Assembly: GCA_050084985.1 (NCBI GenBank)
Contig: JBITNC010000001.1
Coordinates: forward strand, 3,472,001-3,536,000
DNA: 64,000 bases
From: Nageia nagi
Lineage: Eukaryota; Plantae; Pinophyta
Reading direction: 5' to 3'
In this document: positions 1 through 12,788 of the stretch, one piece after another
How positions within the stretch are numbered: the first letter of the stretch is position 1
Layout of the letters: every line of letters starts with the position of its first letter
The notes under the pieces: generated by a model
Databases searched by the model: none
Told to the model about the DNA's origin: nothing
What the model saw: only the letters and a program-made list of their open reading frames with translations
Translations under genes and position numbers: made by a program

Positions 1-1360
1 CAAGGGTTTTCATCCTCAAAGTTGGCTCTTGCAGGTTGTCGTCCACAAGAGTTGATCTCTCTATCTTCGAGAGGCCTTCCTTCTTCGGAGGCAACTCCTA
101 GCTCGTGCGCAACAGTCGATCGAGGTTCGATGCATCACATCCTTCTTTTGAGCTTTTTCCCCTGAAGGGTCTCGTAGGAGACACAGAGTTGAGCCTATAC
201 AGTCACCACGTAGAACAAGGAGACGTACCCAGAGCACCCAACCATCATCGAGGATGCGACAAATCACATCTTTCTTCACGACCATTAGTAGTAGCACAAA
301 GACTTCTCATAGTGATCAGCGGAATCCCCCCCTAGAGGAGGTAGTGCTTCCATATTCTCCCCTTGTGGAGACCTAGGACGACCTCCCTATGGACGCTCCA
401 GACTTTGTATCTCCCTCTTTTTAGGGTTGTAGCATTTTTTGGTGATATTTGATTTGTTAATCTTTTATGCATTTAGGACTTTATCTTTCTCTATTTGCTG
501 CCCAGGTTAGACTTTGCGGGCTCCATGAGCATGATTGTACTCGATAATCCCATTGATTGCTTTTGGCCACCCATGGACATTTCTAGGATTTTCGTCCTCA
601 AGAGATTAGGGTTTCGGCCTTTAGCCAAAACATTAAGTACAAAAAAAATAAGAATCACCAACATAATGTAAATGAACCCCCAAGTCCTCTTTATATAGGA
701 GAAATGTTATAATTCTCCATTGACTATTTACAAGGTGCCCATTATAGCTTAAAAGCTAAAACATAATATTATTTCTCTTAATACATTACCCTTATATACC
801 CTTCTATTTTTTTTTTATTCTTTTATTTGTCTAACTCCACATAGAACACTTTCACACCACCTAAGATAGACAACTTCCATACTCCACATATACAACTATG
901 CATGATCCTAGAAATGAAAAATGGGGGCATTACATTAATGGTGGAGAATTTATACTTCACACTTTGTTTCTCTTCATTCGAGAGAGATTTGTTGGTGATT
1001 GGTTCGAGTTCTTTACTTGTGGAGCTTTCATCTTCCTTAGAATGACTTATGTTGAAGAAAATGTTTTCGCCATGGTTTCTTGGAGGAGACTTGGTTGTAC
1101 TTCATTATTCTCGGACTTCATCTACTACTCTTCTTGTTTAGATGGAGACATTTTGTCAATGCTCTTGTGAAGAAGACTTATGTTGTAGCATTTTCAACCC
1201 TTCGAATTAAAGGGGGGAACATTGGGCTTAATCCTTGAGGTGGATATTTTGAGGAGATTGTCATTTTATGTTGGTGAAGAATGTTCTACACAACTTGAGC
1301 CCCTTTTATTTATTTTAATTTCTTTCTTAATCCCTTTCAGATTAAGGGGGGGGGAAGGGA

Positions 1361-1668
1361 TGTTGGAAACCTAATCCTTAGGGATTAAGGTTGGTTGTAA
1401 ATATTAATTAGTTTAGGTGTTATAAATGTGTAGAAGTGTAGAAATATTTTATATTTATTATTTTTATATTTGTAAGTGGAAGAAATTCTGCATACCATTT
1501 AGAAGTCTAAGTGTCATTAGGAAGTTGAAGAGTCATTAGAAGTCTTAAGGGTTTCTTGAAGGAGTTGTGTATCCTTCTCCTTCTTTTTATGTTTATCAAT
1601 TTAGAATGTAAACTTGGCTTTTGGAGTTAATACATTTTCAGATTTGCATCCTCATATTGGGCCTTACA
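1361..1668 (+). mobile_element. Probable 3' LTR of a decayed Copia-like element
   Basis: Purine tract (aagggggggggaaggga) directly before TGTTGG; ends CCTTACA; the upstream 'ttcagattaagggg' resembles the Copia 3' end at about 36240-36260. Confidence 0.5.
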
Positions 1669-2426
1669 ATACGTTCCCTCCCAAACTATTACTGAAAAGT
1701 AATAAAACCAAATATAAAATAGCTTAAGCTACTTCATTGAGCAAAGTCATATTTATGTTTTTACATGTATTGTAATATACAGATCATCATTCAGCACTTA
1801 TGTTGATATGTAAAAATGCTTTTTTGGATGAGAAATAATCAAATTCGGGACTGACGGGGCTCGAACCCGCAACTTCCTTTCTATTCACTAATCAGATTCA
1901 ACAGTTACTTTCATATTGGGCCTTACAATACGTTCCCTCCCAAACTATTACTGAAAAGTAATGAAACCAAATATAAAATAGCTTAAGCTACTTCATTGAG
2001 CAAAGTCATATTTATGTTTTTACATGTATTGTAATATACAGATCATCATTCAGCACTTATGTTGATATGTAAAAATGCTTTTTTGGATGAGAAATAATCC
2101 AAATTCGGGACTGACGGGGCTCGAACCCGCAACTTCCTTTCTATTCACTAATCAGATTCAACAGTTACTTTCATATTGGGCCTTACAATACGTTCCCTCC
2201 CAAACTATTGCTGAAAAGTAATAAAACCAAATATAAAATAGCTTAAGCTACTTCATGGAGCAAAGTCATATTTATGTTTTTACATGTATTGTAATATACA
2301 GATCATCATTCAGCACTTATGTTGATATGTAAAAATGCTTTTTTGGATGAGAAATAATCCAAATTCGGGACTGACAGGGTTCGAACCTCCTTTCTATTCA
2401 CTAATCGAATTCAACAGTTACTTTCA
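1652..2426. repeat. Tandem repeat, 3 x ~260 bp
   Basis: Units start at 1652, 1911 and 2171 (tcatattgggccttacaatacg...); nearly identical, with the third more diverged at its end. Confidence 0.95.
1846..1877 (-). pseudogene. 3' fragment of plastid-type tRNA-Asp (trnD-GUC-like); copies also at 2106-2137 and, degenerate, 2366-2390
   Basis: Minus strand reads GGAAGTTGCGGGTTCGAGCCCCGTCAGTCCCG, i.e. variable loop, T-arm and 3' acceptor strand of trnD; the 5' half and anticodon are absent. Confidence 0.75.
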
Positions 2427-3327
2427 AAGATATAAGCACAACATTAAAGTCTCACATTTTTCACAGATGCCTTTATGTATTTTTATTGGATAAATAGATA
2501 TAAATATGCTAAATTATCATAAATCATCATTAATATACTCATATAGAGAAGCACTTCATGGCTATCCTGTCCCAGTGAAATTACGTTGATTGATGAAAAA
2601 GTTGATGTAAAAATTGTTTTCAGTTGTACAATACCACATTGTTATTTCCTTTATGCTTGTATTTATGTTTCTGAATTTCAGTATTCCAGCATTTAACTCA
2701 GAGATGTCATGGGCATCTCTCCCTTGGGATAGTGTGCATGATATATTCAACAGTGGCATCCATCTTTTTGTACATTTTTTCCTTTCTTTCTCTCATTGAA
2801 TATAGAACACCACAACTTGCACATTTTGCATCTACTTCTGGATTGAACTTTCCATGAAGAGCAATTGTAACAGCTTTACCTATTTTTTCATTTTGCAGTT
2901 TGTCAGAATGTGATAACCACTACAAAGGGAAAGAAATCCAGTCTCCATTAGAGTCACATTCCTCCAATCCCTTATATTTGTTATCATGTTAGATTGATTG
3001 TGTTTCAAGGTTTAAATGATTGTGAATAAATGAATTTAACTGCTACACTTGGATGGGTTGTAAAAAGTTGTTTGCTAGAAATGCTATCCTGTTGTGTTTC
3101 TAGGTTTGAATTCTCTGTTTACATCTGATCAAATGGCTGACTAGATTTAATCCTGAAGTATATGAAACCTAAGCATTCTGAAAAGCAAAATCTAATATAA
3201 TTATGATGTTATGATATACATAAAATAATACTGAAAAAGGTGATGTTGCATTGCTGATCAAAATCATAAACTTCCACCAGCGAAAGATAGATAAAACTAA
3301 AAACTACACAAAACTAGAGTAACTTAC

Positions 3328-3405
3328 AGATAATTCAGATGCTTTGTCCTCAAGAACTTTCATTGCCTCTTCGGGTTGTGGTACAGTGATGGCAGGGACT
3401 CCATT
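3328..3405 (-). CDS. FPGS: FPGS internal exon 7
   Basis: tag|NGVPAITVPQPEEAMKVLEDKASELS|gtaag; 78 nt; no further exon recognised in 1-3327. Confidence 0.93.
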
Positions 3406-3608
3406 CTACATGTCATAATGCAGCATAAGTAGTTTGTAATATGTATGACAGAATTAAACTCCATAGGAATTTGATGACTGGTGATGTAAATTTAGAAGCA
3501 GATATTATCAAGGGTTGATCACAACTCATAATAATCCATAATCATATCAAACAATAACACATGATTCGGTAAATTTGAATCTTGTAATTTTTAGATGATG
3601 AATCATAC

Positions 3609-3655
3609 CTTAAAAATTCCTGCTTTTTCTCCAGCAATTTGTGAGAGGGTATTCC
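3609..3655 (-). CDS. FPGS: FPGS internal exon 6
   Basis: tag|GG NTLSQIAGEKAGIFK|gtatg; 47 nt; completes the Gly codon split across intron 3656-32445; EKAGIFK motif. Confidence 0.95.
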
Positions 3656-4229
3656 CTATTTACAAATAAAGAAATGAGTTGATTTCATTGCTCTTATCAA
3701 TACCCAGAAGTTCAGCCTTCAAAGATGACAATATATGCTACTCAAAAAGCATAAAATAACAAGTTAGATTCCATCACTTACATACAGATTACTCATTAGC
3801 AACATTTTCAACGTATTGTGTAGTTCCATTTATAATATTCTTTTACAGAATATGCTTTGTATATAATTTATATTTTATTCATGTATAAGTAGCATATAAT
3901 GCAATCATCCTTTGTAATAAAAGTGGGTAATTCAAGCAAATGGTGCACCAAACAGATAACCCCTGTTTATTTCAGATCAAACATCGAGTCCTAGGATTGG
4001 CAAGAATAAGACTACATAAAAGACAGGACTTGGGGTGTCAAGTAAATCACAGAGGCTACTATAGTTTGTGACATCATGCAAACATAATTGCAATCCAGTA
4101 ATCATAGAAAAACAAGCATGCGTGTAACAAAAAAATGAAGCATTCTAATCCTCATAAATCGCAGTGGAGCATATTCATTACTTGAAAATTAATATGGGAA
4201 GAAGATTATTGCTTGGGAGTTGTATTTGG

Positions 4230-4510
4230 CATAACAAGACATGTTTTGGCTAGATTAGAAAGACTTACATTATATGCTGGTAAAGCAAAAGGACTATGGT
4301 ATTGTATAATACATGTAACTGCCACTGATAATTACATTAAGGGTAATAAGAAGTATAACAAGACATATTTTGGCTATAGATTAAAAAGAATTACATTATA
4401 CACTGGTGAAAGCAAAAAGACCATATTATTGTATGATACATGTAATTATCAGTGGCTAAGGAGAAAGTGCCCACACTTTCCTAGATTATATTAAGGGTAA
4501 TAAGAAGTAC
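4230..4510. repeat. Diverged tandem duplication, ~120-150 bp x2
   Basis: ataacaagacat..ttggcta..gatta..ttacattata..ctggt.aaagcaaaa..atacatgtaa and ttaagggtaataagaagta each occur twice. Confidence 0.75.
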
Positions 4511-6605
4511 GAGCACAGAACTAAAGAGGACTTGACAAAGTTCGTTACTCAGGTTTTGAAAGGTTTTTGAAAGTATGAATCTCTGAGACTCAAGTTGAGT
4601 CAACAATTTTTTGTGGAGTCCTTCCGAATTTGATGAGTTTGATGAATCTAGCTCCTAGATTTAGGAGACTTTCTTAGAACAAACAGGAAAAAAAACTTTA
4701 GAAAAATATATTAAAAATACATGTTCATACAAATCTTTGTTTGGTTTTCTTCAGTTATGATTTATAATATTAATTTTGTTAATATTTTTCAGTTATAATT
4801 TAGAAGAATATCATATATTTTTGTGACACTAAATTCTGTGAGTTTTTGGTTGCCAAGTCCCTAGCAAGCCTTTGCCGGGGTTTTCATCAGTCTGAATCTG
4901 AGTCAAAAATGGACCAGTAGAGTCTAAAGATATTTATGATACACATATTTGCTGAAAGACACCAGAGTTTTTAATTTGCATTGACATTACATTGCAAATG
5001 TCAAAGTGTTTGTTAAAGCTAAAGGAAATGTCTAACAACCCATTTCTCCACCCTTCCATGCATTATGAAATCTCTTAATAAAATTGTTGTGTCCTACCAT
5101 TAATCTTACCACATGTAGTCTTGTCCTGCCACAGAATAGCAACGGAATCTGTTTCTATTCTCATGTCAATCACAGACTCCAGTGTGATCTTGAAACTAAC
5201 TGATTATTTGATCCTCCCACCCGATTTTGAAATTTAACTTTCCTTCCATTAATTGCCAACGTAATCCTAAAATGTCATCCTTTCCCTTTTCATTTGTATT
5301 AATACCTTATTAAGAGACCTCATTTCTTCATCTAGCAAGTTTCAATTGTTTAAAGTGATCTAAAATTTTCATGTAGGTCTTGCATTAGTATTTATTCAAG
5401 TCTATTGCAATGTTACAATTCAACTAGTAAAAATAGCATAAATAACATGTGAATTGCACAATTCTAGTAATCAAGAGTAACCAATCATATAGACATTATG
5501 CAAGATCCATTAACAATACTAAATAGAACACCATGCGCAATTGTCAAATCAAGAACAATGAATAACAGAAAATCACTATGAGTAATAAACAAGAGATCCA
5601 GAAAGCTGCAGACACTTCAAGGGGCAACCTCCTGAACATGTGAAGCTTACGAATTTTATAAATGATTATAAGATGTCGATGCTTCCAAATTTTATAAATG
5701 ATTATAAGATATCAATGAGTCTAATTCATTCTGCTATCTCTAAGCAAATATGACTACCAAACTAACCAGCTTACAATGATATTAAGGCTAATTATGCGGT
5801 TATGCATAGTCATCACAAGCAACAAAGGAAAACCTTGTGCCACTACTTTGAAATTGGTTTGTCTACTACAAAAGGTCCAAGATCCTAATTCGGCCAACAA
5901 TATACCTCTGATCCACTCGGCCTAAGTGCCACTACACTAGTCTACAACAGCTTACAGTTTTTGTGGGCACTAATATATTGGTCTTTGATATAGGCAACCA
6001 ATTTCAAAGATCTCAAAACTAGGACTTTGTTTTTTTTTTACTTTAGACATTTAAGTTTTGAACAATTATTTCATTCATTTTGATTTGCAAAGGCACCTCA
6101 GGTATGTCTGAGCCCTTTATTACTTGTTTCTGCTTGGCACCATCACATAATAACCTTCTGTAATGCCAGACCCTGGACAGAGTGTGTTAGTTTACCAGAA
6201 ATGTTGACTGAATTGGGTTGTGTCCCAAATGCCTGTTCCAGCCTGATGCAACCAACACAGACCAATTCCCAAAAAAAAAAACATTTTCTTTCTACTCCCT
6301 TTCAGAGCACTTACATTTCATAGATCAGCTGTCTTGCATCATACATCTTTTCTTTTTGTCTTTACACAGTTGAATTATATAGGATTTAGCCATACTAGTA
6401 ACACTTGGTTGTATTTTGTTTATTTGGTAGTGCCAGGTGTTTGCCAAAATCTCCATTAGTTGTTAACATCCTTGAATCATGAATGCAAATGACGTTGATT
6501 TCATAACCATGCTCAGGCAGACACAAAAGGATTTCAAGACTTTATCCAAGGAGATTCGTTTAAATAGTGTGCAAATCATCTATATAAGCAATTGAAATCC
6601 CAGTT

Positions 6606-7400
6606 TGAAATACCCAAATACTTTTCCAACAAATTAGAGTACAAACTCAGATTTAAATGCACAAACTCAGATCTGTAATTCTTCAATATATTAGCTAAAA
6701 ATCTTAAGAATAACAGAGATCTCATCCTTCAATACAAGTAACAGAATTCTGATTTAACAACAGCGATCTAATGACCATCAAAATGCATCAACAAGGCAAG
6801 AGAATCATTCAACTAAGAGCTCATTACAAGAAGATCAAATATGTAACCAGTATTCTCAAATATGCAAGATAATAAGACTGCAATTTCTGTAACATGACTG
6901 TAATTTTCTGTAACAAGTGTTAGGGCATCCAAAATATGAGACAAGAACTCCAAAATATCTCACAATTCTTCAAGTGCATACTTCTATGGTTGTTGGGAGC
7001 ATCTCTAGGCCAAAGAAGGAAGAAAAGGGCACATCCCTAACTCAAATATGCAAAGAAGAAGAATTGCTTGAACATGTTGAAAGCTGAAAGTCTCCAAGAA
7101 GCACCAATGCAAACCCTAGGTGGATTTGCTCTCCAAGATGCTCCAATGGCACTCCTAAGGTTTTGGGTGCATCCCTAGACCTTAGAAGGGTAAGAAGGGC
7201 ACAACCCTAACTTGAAAGGTCGAAAATCGAACTTCTCCAAGCATGCCCTCAAATGGTGCGCTCTTCCTCCCTTTTATAGTGAGATTGGAGAAATTACAAT
7301 TCTTTTCTTTTGATTGGCCGACCCAATCCTAAAAATAAAATTAACTCTTTCTAGTTGGGCGTCCAAACTTGGGAAGACAAATTAGACCTCCAAGTTACAA
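6606..7400 (-). mobile_element. Partial LTR related to the LTR of the 57811-63922 element; second truncated copy at 10361-10720
   Basis: Starts TGAAATACCCAA; shares aattctgat..aacagc, taataagactg..tttctgtaac, tagggcatccaaaatatgag and gggcacatccctaactcaa with 57811-58215. Confidence 0.75.
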
Positions 7401-7404
7401 AATA

Positions 7405-10360
7405 TGGCCTTGTTGATAAGGAAATCCTTCCTACCTTAGGGCTGCCCGTAGGCAAGCTTAGTAAGAGAGGTCAACAACTATAAGTGAGAAAGAATTACAT
7501 ATCTTCGCACCAAAAGGGACTTACTACCCTAGGGTCTATGTGACTTCAAAGTTTGTCAAACTTCTCGCATCTTTGGGCGATGATATTTTTTAATGGCTCT
7601 AGTTTGCCAAACTTCTCGCGTCTCTGGGCAATGGTATTTTTTAATGGCTCTAGTTTGGCAAACTTCTCGCATCTTTGGGCGATGATATTTTTTAATGGAT
7701 CTGGTAATCACCTAAAAAAAAAGGAGACGGGACCATTTACTCACAAGTTTTTAGGGACGTATTCAGGGCTCGCATCGATGGAAAGTTGCAAGGGTTTTAA
7801 AATAAAAGAAAAATGAGTAAAAAGAAAATTGAGAGTGTCTTAAAGGAACTTGATGCAAGAATAGACTATCCGCCAGTGTTATAGGGTCAGGAAGACCTAT
7901 GATCCGGATTTAATGAGAAAATTCATTCATTTCATCAAATAAAGTACACAACATGAAAGCCCAAAGTACAACTTTAAATGAGCCTAAAGTAGAACATGAA
8001 TCTCAGATATCATGAGAATAACTCATCACCACACAATTATGAATGAATACTTCTTCCTAAAAGACATAGAAAATAGGTATGTTCCGGAATATGAGCACTT
8101 AGCATGCAAACTCTGGAAATAATAACCTTTCATAAACTTCAAAAGATGAACATTTATCTTTCCCTAAAACTTGTAGTTTTCAAAGGAAAATGCACTCAAA
8201 TGAACAAAAAGCTATAAAAGATATCACATAAAGTATTCCACAATCCCACAATAAACGAACAACATAACTCACATTAACATAACAAAAACTCTAGAAAAAG
8301 GTTGTTGAACAATATAAAGGCTCCATAGCAAGTTTCTCTATCTTCCATTCTGTCTAAAAAATGACCCAATGAAGGGTACTTATAGCACAAAGTCTAACAA
8401 TAATAAATGCATTTGTTGCCCTAATACAACTAACAACATTAGATGAGATATAACCCTAATGCAGCTATCACAACCCTAAAGACTTCCGAAGAGCCAAGTA
8501 AGGCCATAATAGCACTACGACACCCGAAGAGTCAAGCAAAGTTCTGACAGAAATAAATGAATTGACATAAAACATTACATTTTTCGAAATTTGGACCGTA
8601 CGAGCAAAAACTCATCCTCACGGTTCAAATACAAAAGTTTTAAAGAATCACCCCTATGCATTTAACAATAAAACAAACAAAAGTCATCCCTTTAGAAACT
8701 GGTTTCATTCATCATCTGTAATATTGTAACTTTTGTAGCCAAGATTAATGAATGCCACTTTCTTCGGAAGCTTCTCCTATAGCACCCACATCACTATGTC
8801 AATTCTCAGACGAAAGTCATCAATCATCTTGGATGTGATCTCCATCTGGTATTTCCAAACAGTCAAGGTCTTGTCATGTTGAATTATTGTCCCCGTTTTG
8901 ATTAAATTTAAATCTTTTGTCTGAAGGAGCTCTTTGATCAAGTTCATCTCTCTAACCACCTATTCATTGCTTTTAATGCCACCATCCTCCATGAGGAACT
9001 GAATTCTCATCCAGTAGGCATCCATATGTTGTCGGACTTCCCTTTCCAAATCGGATCTTACACTGATTAGGTATTCACATCTATCAACTGCATATTGTAA
9101 CCAATCATATTGAACCAAGAACTGAGTGCAGTATTTTATTCTTTTATGTCTATCCTCCAAGAACATTCTTGCAACCTTCTCTAACTTTGTTATTACTTGG
9201 AAGTATCCATTTGCTTTAATGTCTCTGCGATGGTTTATCTTATTCTCTATACCTCTTCATCCTCCTTGAGAAAAGAAGAAAATTGCATAGAGAGTCCTTC
9301 AAATGCTTCTGTCATCTCCTTAATCAATGCTTCCTTCATTCTGTTAATCCTTGTATTCCATGAAGTAGTTAATTTAAGGTACTCTGGATTCATTTTGGCT
9401 GCTTCTATTTCTTTGACTAGTTTATTTTTCTTGCCCAATTCTTTCTTTCAATCTTTGACTACTTGTTCTCTTTTCATACCGCTCTTCTCCATTTCTACTG
9501 CAGTTGATAAAATGATATGCCTTTGTCTATGCAAACCTATTTTAAGAGGAAATTCCTTTGTGTGAACCATATAATGTTGGAGACCTTGGGGATGTTTCTG
9601 CTTGGTAAAGACCCAGATAATTGATAGCCCAACCTCTTTCATTAAGACAAGTATCAAAATCAGGATCTCTTTCTTCATCTCCATCTAATTCATCAATCTC
9701 TTCCTCATCTTCATTGCTCATATGATGCCTTGGCATTTTGGTGATACAAGTCCCTAAATCAAAGTCCCATTTCTTCCCTTGTCCTACAAGGACACTCTGC
9801 ACTATAGATCTTTGCTCATTTTCTAGATCCTTGAATACCACCAAATGTTTAACTTGATGTTTGACAACTTTTCTTTTCTTTCTTTGCTCTTCATTTTAAC
9901 CTTCATCTTCGTCATCATTTCCACCACTACCTCCTAGAGCGGAAGCTAGCTTGTTGACTTATGGTGAAGGTCTCTTGTGGTGTGATCTTTTAGCTTCTTT
10001 GGATTGTGGAGAATGAGCCTTTCTTATTTCTATGATTCTTGGTAGCAGATGGAGCATCCGTAGGGTGTGACATTATTCTTGGTGACTCCTCAAGCATTTT
10101 TGTAGCTATTTCCTCCATAGATTGGTTAGCGGCAATCTCCACCGCTTCATTAACAAGTTCTTCAGCCCTAGGAGTGGAAACATATTCTAGAGTTCTATTA
10201 GAATTGACACTCCCATCACTTCTTTTATTACCACCTTCAACATCCTGACTACAATCTTCTTCATTGTCACTATTGCTGGAATCTTCGGAAATTTCTTTAC
10301 TAGAATCTTCTTCGTTGGAGGTGCCTTCACTACTAGAACTAGTAGTGGAACTTATACGAT
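7405..10360 (-). mobile_element. Decayed retroelement segment with a fragmented extra ORF (8777-10360) and a 3' non-coding region homologous to 55538-56075
   Basis: Chain of short minus-strand ORFs broken by frameshifts, acidic and Ser-rich; 7420-8100 aligns by eye with 55535-56075. Confidence 0.55.
7551..7700. repeat. Tandem repeat, 3 x 51 bp
   Basis: gtttg.caaacttctcgc.tct.tgggc.atg.tattttttaatgg units at 7551, 7602 and 7653. Confidence 0.92.
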
Positions 10361-10839
10361 AGAAATATCCCAAATACTTTGACAACAAATTAGAGTAGAA
10401 ACTCAGATTTATACACACAAATTCAGGTCTATAATTCTCAAATATATCTCAACCTTTAATACAAGCAACAGAATTCTGATTTAATAACAGCAGTGTGAAG
10501 ACCATCAAAACACATCAACAAGGCAAGAGAATCATTACATTAAGAGCTCATTACAAGAAGATCAAATATGTAACCAGTATTCTCAAATATGCAAGATAAT
10601 AAGACTAGCAATTTCTGTAAAACAACTGTAATTTTCTGTAACAAGTGCTAGGGCATCCAAAATATGAGACAAGAACTCCAAAATATCTCACAATTCTTCA
10701 AGTGCGAACCTTTATGGCTATTGCAGTCCAGACCAGATCTGCAATATGGAGGGGACGTTGCAGTGATAGTGGCATTGTTTATCAGTTTGATAACCATTAG
10801 ACGCCAGATCTGCTATATTTGTAAATCTGGGTATTGTTA

Positions 10840-12380
10840 ATTCAAGTGGTATTACAAGTGTCATACCTAAGGTTAGTAGCATTTGATCTCAAACCATGGC
10901 ACCATTGAAAGGTGAGGAGCAGGATGCCCTATTCCTGAAATACATGGACAAATCTGAAACTTTCATGAATACTGTTTCCGTTATTAGTTATTTGAATATC
11001 ATTTTTGGATGAGATCTTGAAGAAAAGGATGGAAGAAGTTGCAAAAAGAACGGCAAAGAAGCATTCCACCCTAGAGAAAATGATGAAGAAAATGTCATGG
11101 CAAGCTTTGAAGATAAATCAGAATTACTACCAAATGAGAATGATTTGGTTCAAGAGCTTAATGATAAAGATGAAGAGCTCATGACAGAAATTTCACATGA
11201 CGAAGCTAGCAAAGAAGAACTCAAATCAGAAACTTGTGATTCTACATCATGTGAGGTATGCATGGCAAAATTCCATAATATTTCATACGAAAAAGATGAC
11301 AATGATGGGATTTCTATGACTATTGGGTCCTTTGATGGCACTAGTAAAATTGATGCAGGTAATGACATGGTTGAGAACACTAATGCACTTTCAGAAGATG
11401 AGTATGTTGGAGTACCCAAATCAGAAATTTTAATGCACGAAACCGATGTAGATCGAAAGCCTAGCAATAAACATTTTCAAGAAGAGGCACTTGGGGCTTC
11501 GAACAGCCAAGGAGACAATGCTCAAAGGTATAAAGTAAATTCTGATTTTTGTAACAACAGTTCATTAATTTGGCATAGCTCTAACACTCATGAGGGACAC
11601 AACGAACATATTTTTTGTGAACAAAGCAACAACCACTTCAAACCTTGGGACCCAGGTGTAACATTTATTTACGAGACGGGCAGCTATGTATGTAGATCAG
11701 CAGCAGTCCTTATACCAGCGGCAACAAATTCAATCAGCGGAGAGGGATGTGTCAACAAATCACCTTGAAAACAGTCACACAACATACAATAGGACAGCAG
11801 ACTTTAGTGCCTTTGTTGCCCTTCTTATGGCTGTTCTCAACAGGTATATGCTCTTTGATTTGAATAAGTGTGTGTTGGCTGTTATTCTACAGTATGGAAC
11901 GTCTATGTTCTTGACAAGAACAAGAAGTATTTATTTGCATTATGCAGTATGTGGAGGTGTGACAATGCCCTTTATATCAGTTAGACTCATTTTCATGCAA
12001 CTGTTGACAATGAGATCTTTGAAGGTTGTGCAGTAACAATTTTGCCTGACAAGACAATCTCAAGTGTGCATGCTGACATCATAGTTAGTGCAGCTTCTCT
12101 TATAATGCCTTACAGGATTCTTCAAATATCCCCTCCCTGAAGATTCACCTAAAAGACATCCATGAGGCAACTGCAGTTCCTGTTTCTCAAACGTGTGGAA
12201 GTATACGGAAGGAAGACACAGCGACACAATGTGTATTTCTGCTAGTTCCAGCAGAAGGTGAAACGAAGAGTGTTGGGACAGACTCTGATAAACTTCATTA
12301 AATTAAGGAAATCCCTAGACATACTGAATGTAAAGCAATTATAGCTGTTTTGTCTGAAGAGTTTAATGCATCTACATATA
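10840..12380 (+). mobile_element. Possible eroded non-autonomous retroelement interior (acidic 223-aa ORF, 11097-11768)
   Basis: Degenerate PBS-like tggtatta near 10847; the ORF contains KPWDPG, resembling the Gag KKPWVPGH motif of the 57811 element. Confidence 0.35.
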
Positions 12381-12788
12381 AATGCTCTGATACCACTGTA
12401 ATGATCCAAACAGGGTCTCCAACAAATATCAATAATTACAATGAATAAAATCCAACTAGGGCATCCGATTGACAACACACAAACCCTAGTATGCCAACAT
12501 TGAGATCCCACAAGCACATAAACACCACACAATGCCAACGATGGGCCAAATACACAATACACAACACAACAATGTTCACAAAGCAAACGTCTGACCTACA
12601 CATGCACAAATGCACCAAATGATGCCAAAACAAGAATACAATGCTGAGATCCAAAGTTCCCACGGCTTATATTCAGATGTATAATGAGTATCAATACAAA
12701 ACCTAGTCCAAAGGCCTGACATCAACCTCCTAGGAGCTAAAATGGGCTGGACAAACTCTCTGATGATGTTCTACGGTCTATGGGACAG

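Noticed and set aside
1846-1877. Functional tRNA gene, or primer source for the Athila PBS
   Set aside because: The D-arm and anticodon are missing, and its plastid-type 3' end is not complementary to the PBS TGGCGCCGTTGCCGGGG.
1652-2426. CRISPR array or phage att sites
   Set aside because: Whole 260-bp units repeat with no unique spacers; eukaryotic intron context; no cas gene or recombinase.
2562-2900. Further FPGS exon
   Set aside because: The translation shows no FPGS motif; possibly decayed repeat sequence, but not assignable.
4515-4925. MITE-like element with gactc/gagtc motifs
   Set aside because: I could not define terminal inverted repeats or a TSD.
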